From contig JANTHO010000007.1 of assembly GCA_024762335.1 (NCBI GenBank), forward strand, positions 383 to 64,382: a stretch of 64,000 nucleotides of DNA, in the 5' to 3' direction. Of this stretch, positions 38,497 to 47,453 are shown in pieces. Both the position numbers and the translations under genes were made by a program. The stretch's first letter is position 1, and every line of letters begins with the position of its first letter. Below the pieces are notes generated by a model that saw only the letters and a program-made list of their open reading frames with translations, did no database searches and was not told where the DNA came from. Origin of the DNA: Acidimicrobiia bacterium. Lineage in GTDB: Bacteria > Actinomycetota > Acidimicrobiia > Spongiisociales > UBA5794.

Positions 38497-38997
38497 CTAT
38501 TCGGCCGCGATGCGGCTTCCGAGCTCGCGGTCGAGGAAGAGCATTCCGTGGGGGCCGCCTTCCGCGAGGGCGAGATCGTCGAGGATCTGGGAGAACGTGG
38601 CCTCCTCCTCGATCTGCTCGGTCACGAACCAGTCGAGCAGCGGCACCGAAGCGAAGTCCTGCTCCGATACGGCGAGCCCGTACAGGTTGTTGATCGCCGC
38701 CGAAACCCCACGTTCCTGGGCCAAGCCCGTCTCGAACACGTCGACGACACCGTCGAACTCGGACGGCGGGGCATCGAGGGGTCCCAGGAGGACGCGACCG
38801 CCGCGGTCGAGAACGAACTGGTAGAACTTCATGGCGTGCTCGGTCTCTTCAGCCGACTGTGCGTGCATCCATCGTGCCATGCCGCTGAAGCCGGCAGATT
38901 CGAGCCACGCACCCATCGACAGGTAGTTGTGTGCTGCCTGCAACTCCATCGTGATCTGGTCGTTGAACGCTGCATTCATGGTTTCGCTGATCTGCAT
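38497..38997 (-). CDS. ftn: Ferritin (non-haem, Ftn-type)
   Basis: Shows NDQITMELQAAHNYLSM...EETEHAMKFYQF...LAQERGV. Length 166 aa. Confidence 0.9.
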   Translation of the reverse strand: MQISETMNAAFNDQITMELQAAHNYLSMGAWLESAGFSGMARWMHAQSAEETEHAMKFYQFVLDRGGRVLLGPLDAPPSEFDGVVDVFETGLAQERGVSAAINNLYGLAVSEQDFASVPLLDWFVTEQIEEEATFSQILDDLALAEGGPHGMLFLDRELGSRIAAE

Positions 38998-39017
38998 CCG
39001 GTCTCCTCTCGATCGAT

Positions 39018-39680
39018 GTGGATGGTACCGGATCTGTCGATAGGCTTCTCCGCATGACCATCGTCGCCGTTTTCGTCACCGTCGTGTTCACCGCAGCACT
39101 CGTCTGGTCGGAGACCACGGACTCCCCCGCGCTCCGCTGGTTCAAGATGGTCGCATCGACCGGATTCATCGCCATCGCGTTGTCCGTCGGAGCCCCATCG
39201 TCGACGTACGGTCGGATCGTCCTTGTCGCTCTCGCGCTGTCCTGGATGGGAGATCTCCTCCTCACGTACCGGTCCCGCCCGGCGTTTCTGGCGGGCCTGA
39301 TTGCCTTCCTCCTCGGTCACGTTGCTTTCGTCAGCGCCTTCTGGTCTCTCGGCGTCGCAGCCTCCTTCGCTCTTCTTGCGGCGATCGCCGTCACATTGAT
39401 CGCGACCGTGGTCTTCAAGTGGCTCTCCCCGCACGTCGGAGACATGAAGGTCCCCGTCGTGGCGTACATCGTCGTGATCTCGGTCATGGTCGTGTTCGCG
39501 TTCGGCGCCTACGGAAGCGGTGCCAGTGTGCTCGTCCCGATCGGGGCCGTCCTCTTCTTCATCTCCGATCTGTTCGTTGCCCGAAATCAGTTCGTGACAC
39601 CCGACGTCACGAACCGCATCTGGGGACTCCCGCTCTACTACCTCGCACAGATCCTCCTTGCCCTCTCGACCGCGAACTGA
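39018..39680 (+). CDS. YhhN/lysoplasmalogenase family membrane protein
   Basis: Polytopic, with LSWMGDLLL and FFISDLFVAR motifs. The likely start is the ATG at 39054 (MTIVAVFV). Confidence 0.78.
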   Translation: MDGTGSVDRLLRMTIVAVFVTVVFTAALVWSETTDSPALRWFKMVASTGFIAIALSVGAPSSTYGRIVLVALALSWMGDLLLTYRSRPAFLAGLIAFLLGHVAFVSAFWSLGVAASFALLAAIAVTLIATVVFKWLSPHVGDMKVPVVAYIVVISVMVVFAFGAYGSGASVLVPIGAVLFFISDLFVARNQFVTPDVTNRIWGLPLYYLAQILLALSTAN

Positions 39681-39699
39681 GACGGGGTAGGCTCGGAAC

Positions 39700-40206
39700 A
39701 TGATGCGTCTGATGCTGATGAGACACGGCAAGTCCGACTGGAACACCGACGTTCGGGGCGACCTCGCCAGACCGCTCAACAGTCGGGGTGAGCGGGCCGC
39801 GGCCACCATGGGCGTCGTACTCGAGAAGATGGGAGAAGTACCCGATCGGATCGTCTCGTCCCCCGCGGTACGGGCAGAGACAACCGCTACGATCGCCCGC
39901 ACGTCCGGGGGGTGGTCTGCGCCCGTCGAAGTCTCCGAGGGGCTCTACGGCGGTGGTCCGGCCGAAACCCTGGCCATCGCTGCAGCCGTCGGCGCCGACG
40001 CCCATCGTCTCATGCTCGTCGGCCACGAACCCACGTGGTCACTGCTGGCACGCCACCTGACGGGTGGGCGGGTGATCGTCAAGACCGGCACCGTCCTCGC
40101 GTTCGACCTTGACGCGACCGCATGGAGCGAAGCCGAACGCTGCCACGGCGCACTCGCCTACGCTCTCCACCCGAAGATGTTCGACGAGGAATGGAATCTC
40201 CGATGA
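39700..40206 (+). CDS. sixA: SixA-type histidine phosphatase family protein
   Basis: Shows [20 protein letters not shown] and LVGHEP. Length 168 aa. Confidence 0.8.
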   Translation: MMRLMLMRHGKSDWNTDVRGDLARPLNSRGERAAATMGVVLEKMGEVPDRIVSSPAVRAETTATIARTSGGWSAPVEVSEGLYGGGPAETLAIAAAVGADAHRLMLVGHEPTWSLLARHLTGGRVIVKTGTVLAFDLDATAWSEAERCHGALAYALHPKMFDEEWNLR

Positions 40207-41267
40207 TCGATCTCCGATCCGACACGGTCACCCGACCGACCGAGGCGATGCGCGCTGCGATGGCATCCGCCACCGTGGGCGACGACGTCCTCGGCGATGA
40301 TCCCACCGTTCGCCGGCTCGAGGAACGGGTGGCGGGTCTGCTCGGCAAGGAAGACGCTGTGTATGTTCCCTCCGGGACGATGGCGAACCAGGTCGCACTC
40401 CGGGTCCACACCCGTCCCGGCGATCGCGTCGTCATGGACGCCGACTCGCACATCCGTATCCATGAGAGCGGGGCTCCGGCCGCCCTCGCCGGCGTGACGA
40501 TCGCTCCCGTCGACGGAGACCACGGAGTCTTCACCGCGGACCAGCTTCTCGAAGCCGCTCCCGGCCCATCCCCCGACTTCCCCCCCGGGCTCTTCGATCC
40601 CACGACGCTCGTCACGATGGAGAACACTCACAACGAAGCGGGTGGCACGATCTGGCCGCTCGAAGCGATGCAGTCCATCCGGGCCACCGCATCGCGCCTC
40701 GGACTTGGCGTCCACCTCGACGGTGCACGGCTCTGGAACGCCTCCGCAGCCACCGGAGTCGACCTCGCCACCTACGCCGCAACCGCAGACACGGTGAATG
40801 TCTGTTTCTCGAAAGGCCTCGGCGCCCCCATCGGGTCGGCACTCGTCGGTCCCCGCGACCTCATCGACCGGGGTCGGTGGTTCAAGAAGATGTATGGAGG
40901 CGGCTTCCGCCAGGCGGGGATCATCGCCGCAGGAGCGGTCTACGCCGTCGATCACCATCGCGAACGCCTCGTCGAGGACCATGCGAACGCCAGGCGCTTC
41001 GCCGAAGCCGTCTCCGGAATCGACACGCTTGCGATCGATCTCGCCGGGGTTCACACAAATCTCGTCTTCTTCGACGTCACCGACGCGCAGAAGTTCGTCG
41101 ATCGACTCCGCGCCGAAGGCGTCGACAGCCTCGCCGTCGGTCCGGACCGGATTCGCGTCGTGTTCCACCTCGATGTGTCCGATGCCGACACGACCGCGGC
41201 AATCACTGCGCTTCGGAGAGTCGCGAACGGCTGGACCGGTCCGAGCGTCAGACGAGCGAAGCGGTGA
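40203..41267 (+). CDS. ltaE: Low-specificity L-threonine aldolase
   Basis: Internal ATG at 40203 overlaps the sixA stop (ATGA). [24 protein letters not shown] and CFSKGLGAP (PLP lysine) are present. Confidence 0.9.
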   Translation: MIDLRSDTVTRPTEAMRAAMASATVGDDVLGDDPTVRRLEERVAGLLGKEDAVYVPSGTMANQVALRVHTRPGDRVVMDADSHIRIHESGAPAALAGVTIAPVDGDHGVFTADQLLEAAPGPSPDFPPGLFDPTTLVTMENTHNEAGGTIWPLEAMQSIRATASRLGLGVHLDGARLWNASAATGVDLATYAATADTVNVCFSKGLGAPIGSALVGPRDLIDRGRWFKKMYGGGFRQAGIIAAGAVYAVDHHRERLVEDHANARRFAEAVSGIDTLAIDLAGVHTNLVFFDVTDAQKFVDRLRAEGVDSLAVGPDRIRVVFHLDVSDADTTAAITALRRVANGWTGPSVRRAKR

Positions 41268-41715
41268 CGACTGCTGCGACCGAGAGCACAACCGTCACAA
41301 TCAGCATCACCGCCACGAACGTACGGGAGATTCCACCGTCGTCGAGCGGATTCCGCATGGGGCGAACGTCGGCAACGACTGCATCGAGGAAATCGTCCTC
41401 GCTGGATGTCGATGTCGGTACAGGCATCGCCGGTTCCTCGAACCTGCCGCTGAGGGACCCCGCGAGCGGAACGGCGGAGACGCTCGAGAACTCTGATGGG
41501 GAATCGGGTCGAAAGAGGACGGATTCGCCTCCGAGGGTGAGGTTGAACGACCCGTTCTTCTGAGGGGTGATGACGTAGTCGTCTCGAGACCACGTTCCCA
41601 GCTGGTTGTCGCCCGCCGTCAGGGTGACCCATTCGGGGTCGAGGCTCAGCGTTGCGGCAAGACCGCTCCCCGCGTCTCCGGGAAGGAGCACATCGCCCGT
41701 GAACGTCTTCGTCAT
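41248..41715 (-). CDS. Hypothetical tail-anchored membrane protein
   Basis: 155 aa, soluble N-terminal domain and a single C-terminal TM ([23 protein letters not shown]). It starts 63 nt downstream of the dnaE2 stop on the same strand. Confidence 0.5.
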   Translation of the reverse strand: MTKTFTGDVLLPGDAGSGLAATLSLDPEWVTLTAGDNQLGTWSRDDYVITPQKNGSFNLTLGGESVLFRPDSPSEFSSVSAVPLAGSLSGRFEEPAMPVPTSTSSEDDFLDAVVADVRPMRNPLDDGGISRTFVAVMLIVTVVLSVAAVVTASLV

Positions 41716-41778
41716 CGATCCTCCATCTGTGACTTCACCTCAAGCATCGGCACGAAGGCCCCGCCGAGTGAAGTCGAA

Positions 41779-44700
41779 TTATCGAAAATCACGAGACCTC
41801 ACTCCGTCGACGGACCAACGCTCGAAGCGATGAGCAACGAAGTTCGTCACACCGTCGACGTGTTCCACGACACCTTCGATGACGACCCCAACCGCCTTAC
41901 GGGCAACCTCGTAATGCGCTTCCCATACCTGAGGGAGAACGACCACGTTGAGGAGACCCGTCTCATCCTCGAGATTCAGAAACCGCACTCCTCGCGCCGT
42001 CGAAGGACGCTGTCGGTGCGTCACGATGCCGCCGACACGGGCCCGTTTCCCATGACGGCGTCCTTCGAGGATGCCGGCAATCGAGGTACACCCGACCGAA
42101 TCGAGGGTATCCCTCGCAAACGCCACCGGGTGCGTCGTCGAGATCCCCGTGGACCAGAGGTCCGCCTGGACCTGCTCAGGATCGTCCATCGGACGCAACG
42201 CTGGAGGTCCCTCGCCGGGTGGAAGGGGCAGTCGACCCGGACCGAGTTCGGCGAGACTCCCGGCGATCCACATCCCATCTCTCCGATCCAGGCCGAGGGG
42301 GTTCAGAGCACGGGATGCGGCAAGTCCCTCATAGGCATCGAGAGGAAGACCGGTACGGTGTGCCAGATCCTCGGGTCCGGTGAACTCACCTCCGAGCATG
42401 CGAGCGGCCTCGATCCGCACGATTTCGGCTTCGCCCAGATTCCGCACGTATCGGAGACCGATCCTGAGGGCGACGGCGCTGCGTACCGGGTCATCGATGG
42501 GTCCCCGGCCGCGTCGCCAGGTGCCGCCCAGGTAGCGAACGACATCGCCGATATCGGCACCGATGGGTTCGATGGTGCAGTCGAACGATGACGAGTTCAC
42601 GTCGGGGGGGAGAACGATGACACCGTGGTGCTGGGCGTCCTGGACGAGCGAGTTCGGCGTGTAGAAGCCCATCGGCTGCGCGTTGAGCAGACCGGCGAAG
42701 AACTCGGTCGGCCAGTGGTACTTCAACCAGGCGGCCGCGTACACGATGTAGGCGAACGAGACGGAGTGGCTCTCCGGGAACCCGAACGACGCGAACCCCT
42801 GCAGCTTCTCCCAGATCTCAGCGGCCGCCGCTCCCGTGATACCATTGCGACTCATGCCGGAGTAGACCTCCTCACGAAGACGCTCCATGGCCTCAGAAGC
42901 CCGCTTGTGCGTCATCGCCTGACGCAGACGGTCCGACTGTCCCGGGGTGAAACCCGCACAGACCCGTGCGAGCTCCATCAGCTGCTCCTGGAAAATCGGA
43001 ACGCCGAGTGTCTTTCGCAGGATCGGTTCGGCGGAGGGGTGCGGATACGCGACCGCTTCCTCCCCGTTCCGGCGTCGGAGATACGGATGGACGGACTGGC
43101 CCTGGATCGGGCCGGGCCGGATCAGCGCCACTTCGACTGCCAGGTCGTAGAAGGTTTTCGGCTTCAGCTTCGGCAGGGTCGCCATCTGCGCCCGGGACTC
43201 CACCTGGAAGATCCCGACGGTGTCGGCCCGGGTCAGCATGTCGTAGACGATGGGTTCCTGAGGGATCGTTGCAAGGTCGAGTTCCATCCCGTGCGCCCCG
43301 GCAATGAGATCGACGCTCAAATGCAGCGCGTTGAGCGCACCGAGTGCGAGCAGGTCGAACTTGACGATCCCCATCGAAGCACAGTCGTCTTTGTCCCACT
43401 GGAGGACCGATCGATCCTGCATCCTGCCCCACTCGAGGGGGACGGTCTGCCAGAGGGGGCGCCGGGAGACGACCATGCCGCCCGAGTGGATGCCGAGGTG
43501 ACGGGGGAATCCGTCGAGACGGTGGCACACGTCGACGATCAGGTCGCTCGTGAGCCCCTCGGGGAGGTCGACGTCTGTTCCGATCGTTGCCGGGTCGCGA
43601 CTGTCGAGGTAGCGCGTGAGACCGTTCACCTGGGCCTGTGTGAGGCCGAAGGCCTTCCCGACGTCCTGGAGTACGGAGCGGGCCCGGTACGTGATCACGT
43701 TCGCGACCATCGCCGCCCGCTCCCTCCCGTATCGCCGGTAGCAGTATTGGATCACTTCCTCACGACGTTCCGCTTCGAAATCGATGTCGATGTCCGGGGG
43801 GCGTCCGCGCTCTTCCGAGAGGAATCGTTCGAACGGGAGATGGAGACGGATCGGGTCGACGCGCGTCAGATTGAGGCAGCGGCAGACGGCGGAGTCCGCA
43901 CCGGACCCGCGGATCTGGCAGTAGATGTCCTGCGAACGGGCGAACGTGACGATGTCCCACGCCACGAGGAAGAACCCGGAGAAGCCGAGTTCGGAGATGA
44001 CGGCGAGTTCATGGTCGAGTCGGCGCCGTGCTTCGGGGTCGATTCCGCCGTCTGCGCCCGGGTACACCGTCCGGGCCCCCTCATCGACGAGGTGGGAGAG
44101 GTACTCGTCTTCGGTCGTGAACGCCCCGGGCATGGGGAAGTCCGGGAGCTCGGGTGCGAGGAGATCGAGATCGAATGCGAGAGACGCACCGAGATCCGCC
44201 GCCCGTTCGACGGCTCCCGGGTAGCGGGCGAACCGTGCGGCCATCTCGGCCGGTGACCGCAGATGACGCAGGTCGGTCGCAGGCCGGAATCCGTCCGCCG
44301 CATCGAGATCTCTCCGACCCGCGATCGCGGAGAGCACCTCCGCGAGATCGGCATCCCTGCGGTCGGCGTAGTGGACGTTGTTCGTCGCCACGTATGGAAG
44401 GTGGAGCCGGCGCGAGACTTCGACAAGAAGATCGTTGCGATCATCGTCGTCCGGCATGCCGTGGTGTGTCAGTTCGATGTAGAGGCGTCCGGGGAAGATG
44501 TCGCGGAGTGACGCAGCGGCGGTCATCGCACCGGCGAGGTCCCCGGCCTGTGCTGCGCGGGGTACGGCTCCGTTCCTGCACCCGGTCAGGGCGACGATCC
44601 GCCCGTCTCTGGACGCGGTGGCGAGACGCTCGTAGTCGTAGACCGGCCGGTCCTTCTCTCCGTCGAACTGGCCGCCGGTCACGAACCGGCTCAGGGCCGC

Positions 44701-45138
44701 GTACCCCTCCGGATCGGGGGCGAGCAGAACGAGGTGATCCGTTGGAGCGATCTTCGTCGGCTTGCTTCCGTGCATCCGCCGAATCCTTCCGCGTCGCGGC
44801 GCCGGGTCCGGTTCGCGCGATGACTTCGCTCTCCTCGGAGCGATGGCGGCCGGCGCCGGTGAACGGCGAGGCATCCCGATCTCCGTCCCGTAGACGACCG
44901 GGAGACCGATCTCACGCGAAGCGGTGTGCATCTTGACCACGCCCCGGAACCCGTCATGATCGGTGACGGCGATTGCCACATAGCCGAGGTCGGCGGCTCG
45001 GACGACCAGCTCACGCGGGTGTGATGCCCCGTCGAGGAAGCTGTAGTTGGTGTGTGCGTGGAGCTCCGCGTATCGTGCCACACTTCCATCGTAATCGAAC
45101 ATGTGTTCGATGTTCTCATGCCGTCGTCGATCGGCCAC
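41779..45138 (-). CDS. dnaE2: Error-prone DNA polymerase (DnaE2, Pol III alpha-like, PHP domain)
   Basis: Shows YAELHAHTNYSFLDGAS (PHP), about 1,100 aa, alpha-subunit motifs throughout, and an OB-fold C-terminus. The listed start is a GTG at 45138. The ATG at 45102 (MFDYDG) is the alternative and overlaps the SOS box. Confidence 0.92.
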   Translation of the reverse strand: MADRRRHENIEHMFDYDGSVARYAELHAHTNYSFLDGASHPRELVVRAADLGYVAIAVTDHDGFRGVVKMHTASREIGLPVVYGTEIGMPRRSPAPAAIAPRRAKSSREPDPAPRRGRIRRMHGSKPTKIAPTDHLVLLAPDPEGYAALSRFVTGGQFDGEKDRPVYDYERLATASRDGRIVALTGCRNGAVPRAAQAGDLAGAMTAAASLRDIFPGRLYIELTHHGMPDDDDRNDLLVEVSRRLHLPYVATNNVHYADRRDADLAEVLSAIAGRRDLDAADGFRPATDLRHLRSPAEMAARFARYPGAVERAADLGASLAFDLDLLAPELPDFPMPGAFTTEDEYLSHLVDEGARTVYPGADGGIDPEARRRLDHELAVISELGFSGFFLVAWDIVTFARSQDIYCQIRGSGADSAVCRCLNLTRVDPIRLHLPFERFLSEERGRPPDIDIDFEAERREEVIQYCYRRYGRERAAMVANVITYRARSVLQDVGKAFGLTQAQVNGLTRYLDSRDPATIGTDVDLPEGLTSDLIVDVCHRLDGFPRHLGIHSGGMVVSRRPLWQTVPLEWGRMQDRSVLQWDKDDCASMGIVKFDLLALGALNALHLSVDLIAGAHGMELDLATIPQEPIVYDMLTRADTVGIFQVESRAQMATLPKLKPKTFYDLAVEVALIRPGPIQGQSVHPYLRRRNGEEAVAYPHPSAEPILRKTLGVPIFQEQLMELARVCAGFTPGQSDRLRQAMTHKRASEAMERLREEVYSGMSRNGITGAAAAEIWEKLQGFASFGFPESHSVSFAYIVYAAAWLKYHWPTEFFAGLLNAQPMGFYTPNSLVQDAQHHGVIVLPPDVNSSSFDCTIEPIGADIGDVVRYLGGTWRRGRGPIDDPVRSAVALRIGLRYVRNLGEAEIVRIEAARMLGGEFTGPEDLAHRTGLPLDAYEGLAASRALNPLGLDRRDGMWIAGSLAELGPGRLPLPPGEGPPALRPMDDPEQVQADLWSTGISTTHPVAFARDTLDSVGCTSIAGILEGRRHGKRARVGGIVTHRQRPSTARGVRFLNLEDETGLLNVVVLPQVWEAHYEVARKAVGVVIEGVVEHVDGVTNFVAHRFERWSVDGVRSRDFR
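45095..45110. promoter_or_regulatory. LexA (SOS) box, actinobacterial type TCGAAC-N4-GTTCGA
   Basis: The exact sequence TCGAACATGTGTTCGA is a perfect match to the mycobacterial consensus. It overlaps the ATG at 45100..45102 of dnaE2 and lies 38 nt upstream of the divergent ATG at 45148. Confidence 0.8.
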
Positions 45139-45147
45139 AATGGGACC

Positions 45148-45366
45148 ATGCTCGACGAATACGGTTCAGAAGACCTCACGCCGGAAGAGATCGAGCAGCT
45201 CCGGCGGCGGCAACTCGTTCGCTCGGTGATCGTCATCATCGTCGTCGTTGCGATGATCGCCGCGATCCTCATCCCCGTCATCGTCAGGGTCGTCTCCACA
45301 TCACAGCCTCCCGAAACCGTGATCGCGCACCACGCGGTGATCGCATGGCGTAGGATGGTCCTATGA
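45148..45366 (+). CDS. Hypothetical 72-aa small membrane protein
   Basis: ATG at 45148 inside ORF 45052..45366 gives MLDEYGSEDLTPEEIEQLRRRQLVRSVIVIIVVVAMIAAILIPVIVRVV.... Its stop overlaps the ACT-gene start (ATGA), which suggests translational coupling. Confidence 0.5.
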   Translation: MLDEYGSEDLTPEEIEQLRRRQLVRSVIVIIVVVAMIAAILIPVIVRVVSTSQPPETVIAHHAVIAWRRMVL

Positions 45367-45740
45367 AGGAGTTTTCCATCACCCTCGCGAACCAGCCGGG
45401 TCAGCTCGCAACGCTGGCCCGCAGTCTCTCGAACGCCGGCGCCCGCATCGAATCCCTCGCCGCGATCGCCGAGGATGGGAAGAGCCTCGTTCGTTTCATG
45501 GCCGACGATTCCGATGCCGCTCGCCGCGTCTTGCGTGAAGCGGGCCTCAAGTTCAGCGAGCGTCCGGTACTCGACACCTTCCTCCCGAGAACGGCCGGAG
45601 CGCTCGCCGACGTAGCTCAACACCTTGCGGATGCCGGGGTCAACATCGACTCCATCTACCTCCTCCACTCGAACGCGGAGGGGCTTCACTTCGCCGTCAC
45701 CGTCGATGATCCAGAGGCGGCACGGGCCAACCTGCCCTGA
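45363..45740 (+). CDS. ACT domain-containing protein (tandem ACT-like halves)
   Basis: Two repeats follow the ACT pattern: ITLANQPGQLATLARSLSNAGARIESL and FLPRTAGALADVAQHLADAGVNIDSIY. Confidence 0.78.
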   Translation: MKEFSITLANQPGQLATLARSLSNAGARIESLAAIAEDGKSLVRFMADDSDAARRVLREAGLKFSERPVLDTFLPRTAGALADVAQHLADAGVNIDSIYLLHSNAEGLHFAVTVDDPEAARANLP

Positions 45741-47411
45741 TCACATCCCGCATTCGCTCTCGCCGGTTCTGCTCTGCTCGGCGACGCCCTCCTCGAGCAC
45801 TTGGCGAACCTTCCACCGGATCCTGCTCACGTTCGGGATCGGATAGCCGCCGGGAGCGCGACCGTCGTTGTAGGTCGGGGGAACGAACCCGACCGTCGCG
45901 ATCCGGTCGAGATCGATGCGACCGAGGATGTCCACCATGTCCGGGAGCAGACTCAGCGGGATGTCCGTGACGACGGATCGCTCCACCACGTCGGCCATCG
46001 TGTGGAACGACCGGACGAGGGTGAACGGGTCTGCCTCGTCGACGGCGGCCCGTATGAGGCATCGCTGTCTCACCATTCGCGCGTAGTCGGAGGAACCGAT
46101 CCTCCAGCGGGAGTAGGCGAGCGCCTCGAGTCCGGTGAGGTGGTTCATTCCGGGTTCGACGTTCACCTTCGCCTTGGGCGAATCCTCCGACGGGGCCGAC
46201 ACCATCACATGGAACGGTTCCTGGACCATCACGTCGACGCCGCCCAGAACGTCGACCAGGTCGACGAAACCGGCCATGTTGACCATGAAGTAGTAGTCGA
46301 TGGGCAGGTCGACGAGGTTCGAGATCACGTCCTTGAGCGCGGCCAGTCCGGGATCGGGCGTGTCCGGGTACGAACGGGTCCAGTCCTGGGTGTATTGATG
46401 GACGCGGTTGAGCATCTCAGGGAAGCACCGGCAGGACACGAACTCCGGACGATCGGGGATCCCGTCGCCGTCTTCATCGACCCAGTCGTCCGGGTACCCG
46501 TCCTCGTCCTCATCGACGGCTTCGCGTTCGATCGCTCGCTTCTCGAGCTCGATGAAGGAACGCTCGAATCGCCGCGGAAGCGGTACTCGTTTGAAGTTGC
46601 GCGGCAATCCGAACAGCGCAGCGTCGCCCGTCTCGACGTCGACCGTCGCGACGATCATCGAGTCGGTTCGCAACCCCTCGCGACCCGGACCCTCATCAGC
46701 ACCGACGAGCAGGATCGTGAGTCGCTTCGCCCCGACCCGTTCATCGAACGGCGGGAAGGGCGCTGCGAGGCTCGGCGGCGCGATGATCTCGACCCATTCG
46801 TCGATGGCGTCTGGATCACCGGTCCCCTTCCGGAACACCAGATTGCGGGTTGAACGGGTGGACTCGAAGCCGATCGGGTCGAACCAGTCCGGTCGACCAT
46901 CCGGGATCTGAGGCTCTCGGACCGGCTCTTGCATCACTCGTCGAGGCGCCGTGGTTGTCGCCGGGCTTTCGGCGGTGACGAAGACGGTCTCGAGGAGCGT
47001 GATCCCACGGATCGTGTACGACGCGGCAATCGCATGCGGAGCGACGACCAGCACGGCGAGAACGCCGACCATTACCGCTGCCGCACGGGCGGATGTGCGC
47101 CCGCCGGTGCGAAGGTATGCGTCGACCACAGCGGCGATCCGCCACACGACGGCGAGGACGTTCAATCCGAGCGAGAGTCGTAACACCGATGGCCTGACCA
47201 TCCAGCCCAGGATCGCTCCGATTCCGACCGCCCCGGTCCCAACGCCGACGGCAGCGATGACGGGTCCGACCGCAAGGGGGGCGAAGAAGATCCCCGCTCG
47301 GATACGATGTCCTGCGTACCACTGACCTGCGCCCGGGATGATGGCAGAAGCGACCGCAGCGATGATCGGCGACTTGGCCGACTCGCTCCCCCGTTCTCGA
47401 CGCTCCGTCAT
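45741..47411 (-). CDS. LCP (LytR-CpsA-Psr) family cell-envelope phosphotransferase with an acidic insert
   Basis: N-terminal TM helices are followed by LTILLVGAD...RTDSMIVATVD, DYYFMVNMAGF and ALAYSRWR. Length 556 aa. Confidence 0.85.
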   Translation of the reverse strand: MTERRERGSESAKSPIIAAVASAIIPGAGQWYAGHRIRAGIFFAPLAVGPVIAAVGVGTGAVGIGAILGWMVRPSVLRLSLGLNVLAVVWRIAAVVDAYLRTGGRTSARAAAVMVGVLAVLVVAPHAIAASYTIRGITLLETVFVTAESPATTTAPRRVMQEPVREPQIPDGRPDWFDPIGFESTRSTRNLVFRKGTGDPDAIDEWVEIIAPPSLAAPFPPFDERVGAKRLTILLVGADEGPGREGLRTDSMIVATVDVETGDAALFGLPRNFKRVPLPRRFERSFIELEKRAIEREAVDEDEDGYPDDWVDEDGDGIPDRPEFVSCRCFPEMLNRVHQYTQDWTRSYPDTPDPGLAALKDVISNLVDLPIDYYFMVNMAGFVDLVDVLGGVDVMVQEPFHVMVSAPSEDSPKAKVNVEPGMNHLTGLEALAYSRWRIGSSDYARMVRQRCLIRAAVDEADPFTLVRSFHTMADVVERSVVTDIPLSLLPDMVDILGRIDLDRIATVGFVPPTYNDGRAPGGYPIPNVSRIRWKVRQVLEEGVAEQSRTGESECGM

Positions 47412-47453
47412 GCCCCTACGGTAGGCCGATCCCCCCGTTCCGTGGACGCACCC

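Noticed and set aside
38998-39053. I looked for an IdeR/DtxR-type iron box upstream of the ferritin gene.
   Set aside because: No sequence resembling the TWAGGTWAGSCTWACCTWA consensus is visible in the 56-bp divergent region.
41716-41778. Both dnaE2 and imuB are followed by a small membrane-protein ORF after an apparent spacer of exactly 63 nt (41716..41778 and 62754..62816).
   Set aside because: The two spacers share no sequence similarity. The second ORF more likely starts at 62717, where an ATG follows GGAGG, so the equal spacing is coincidental.
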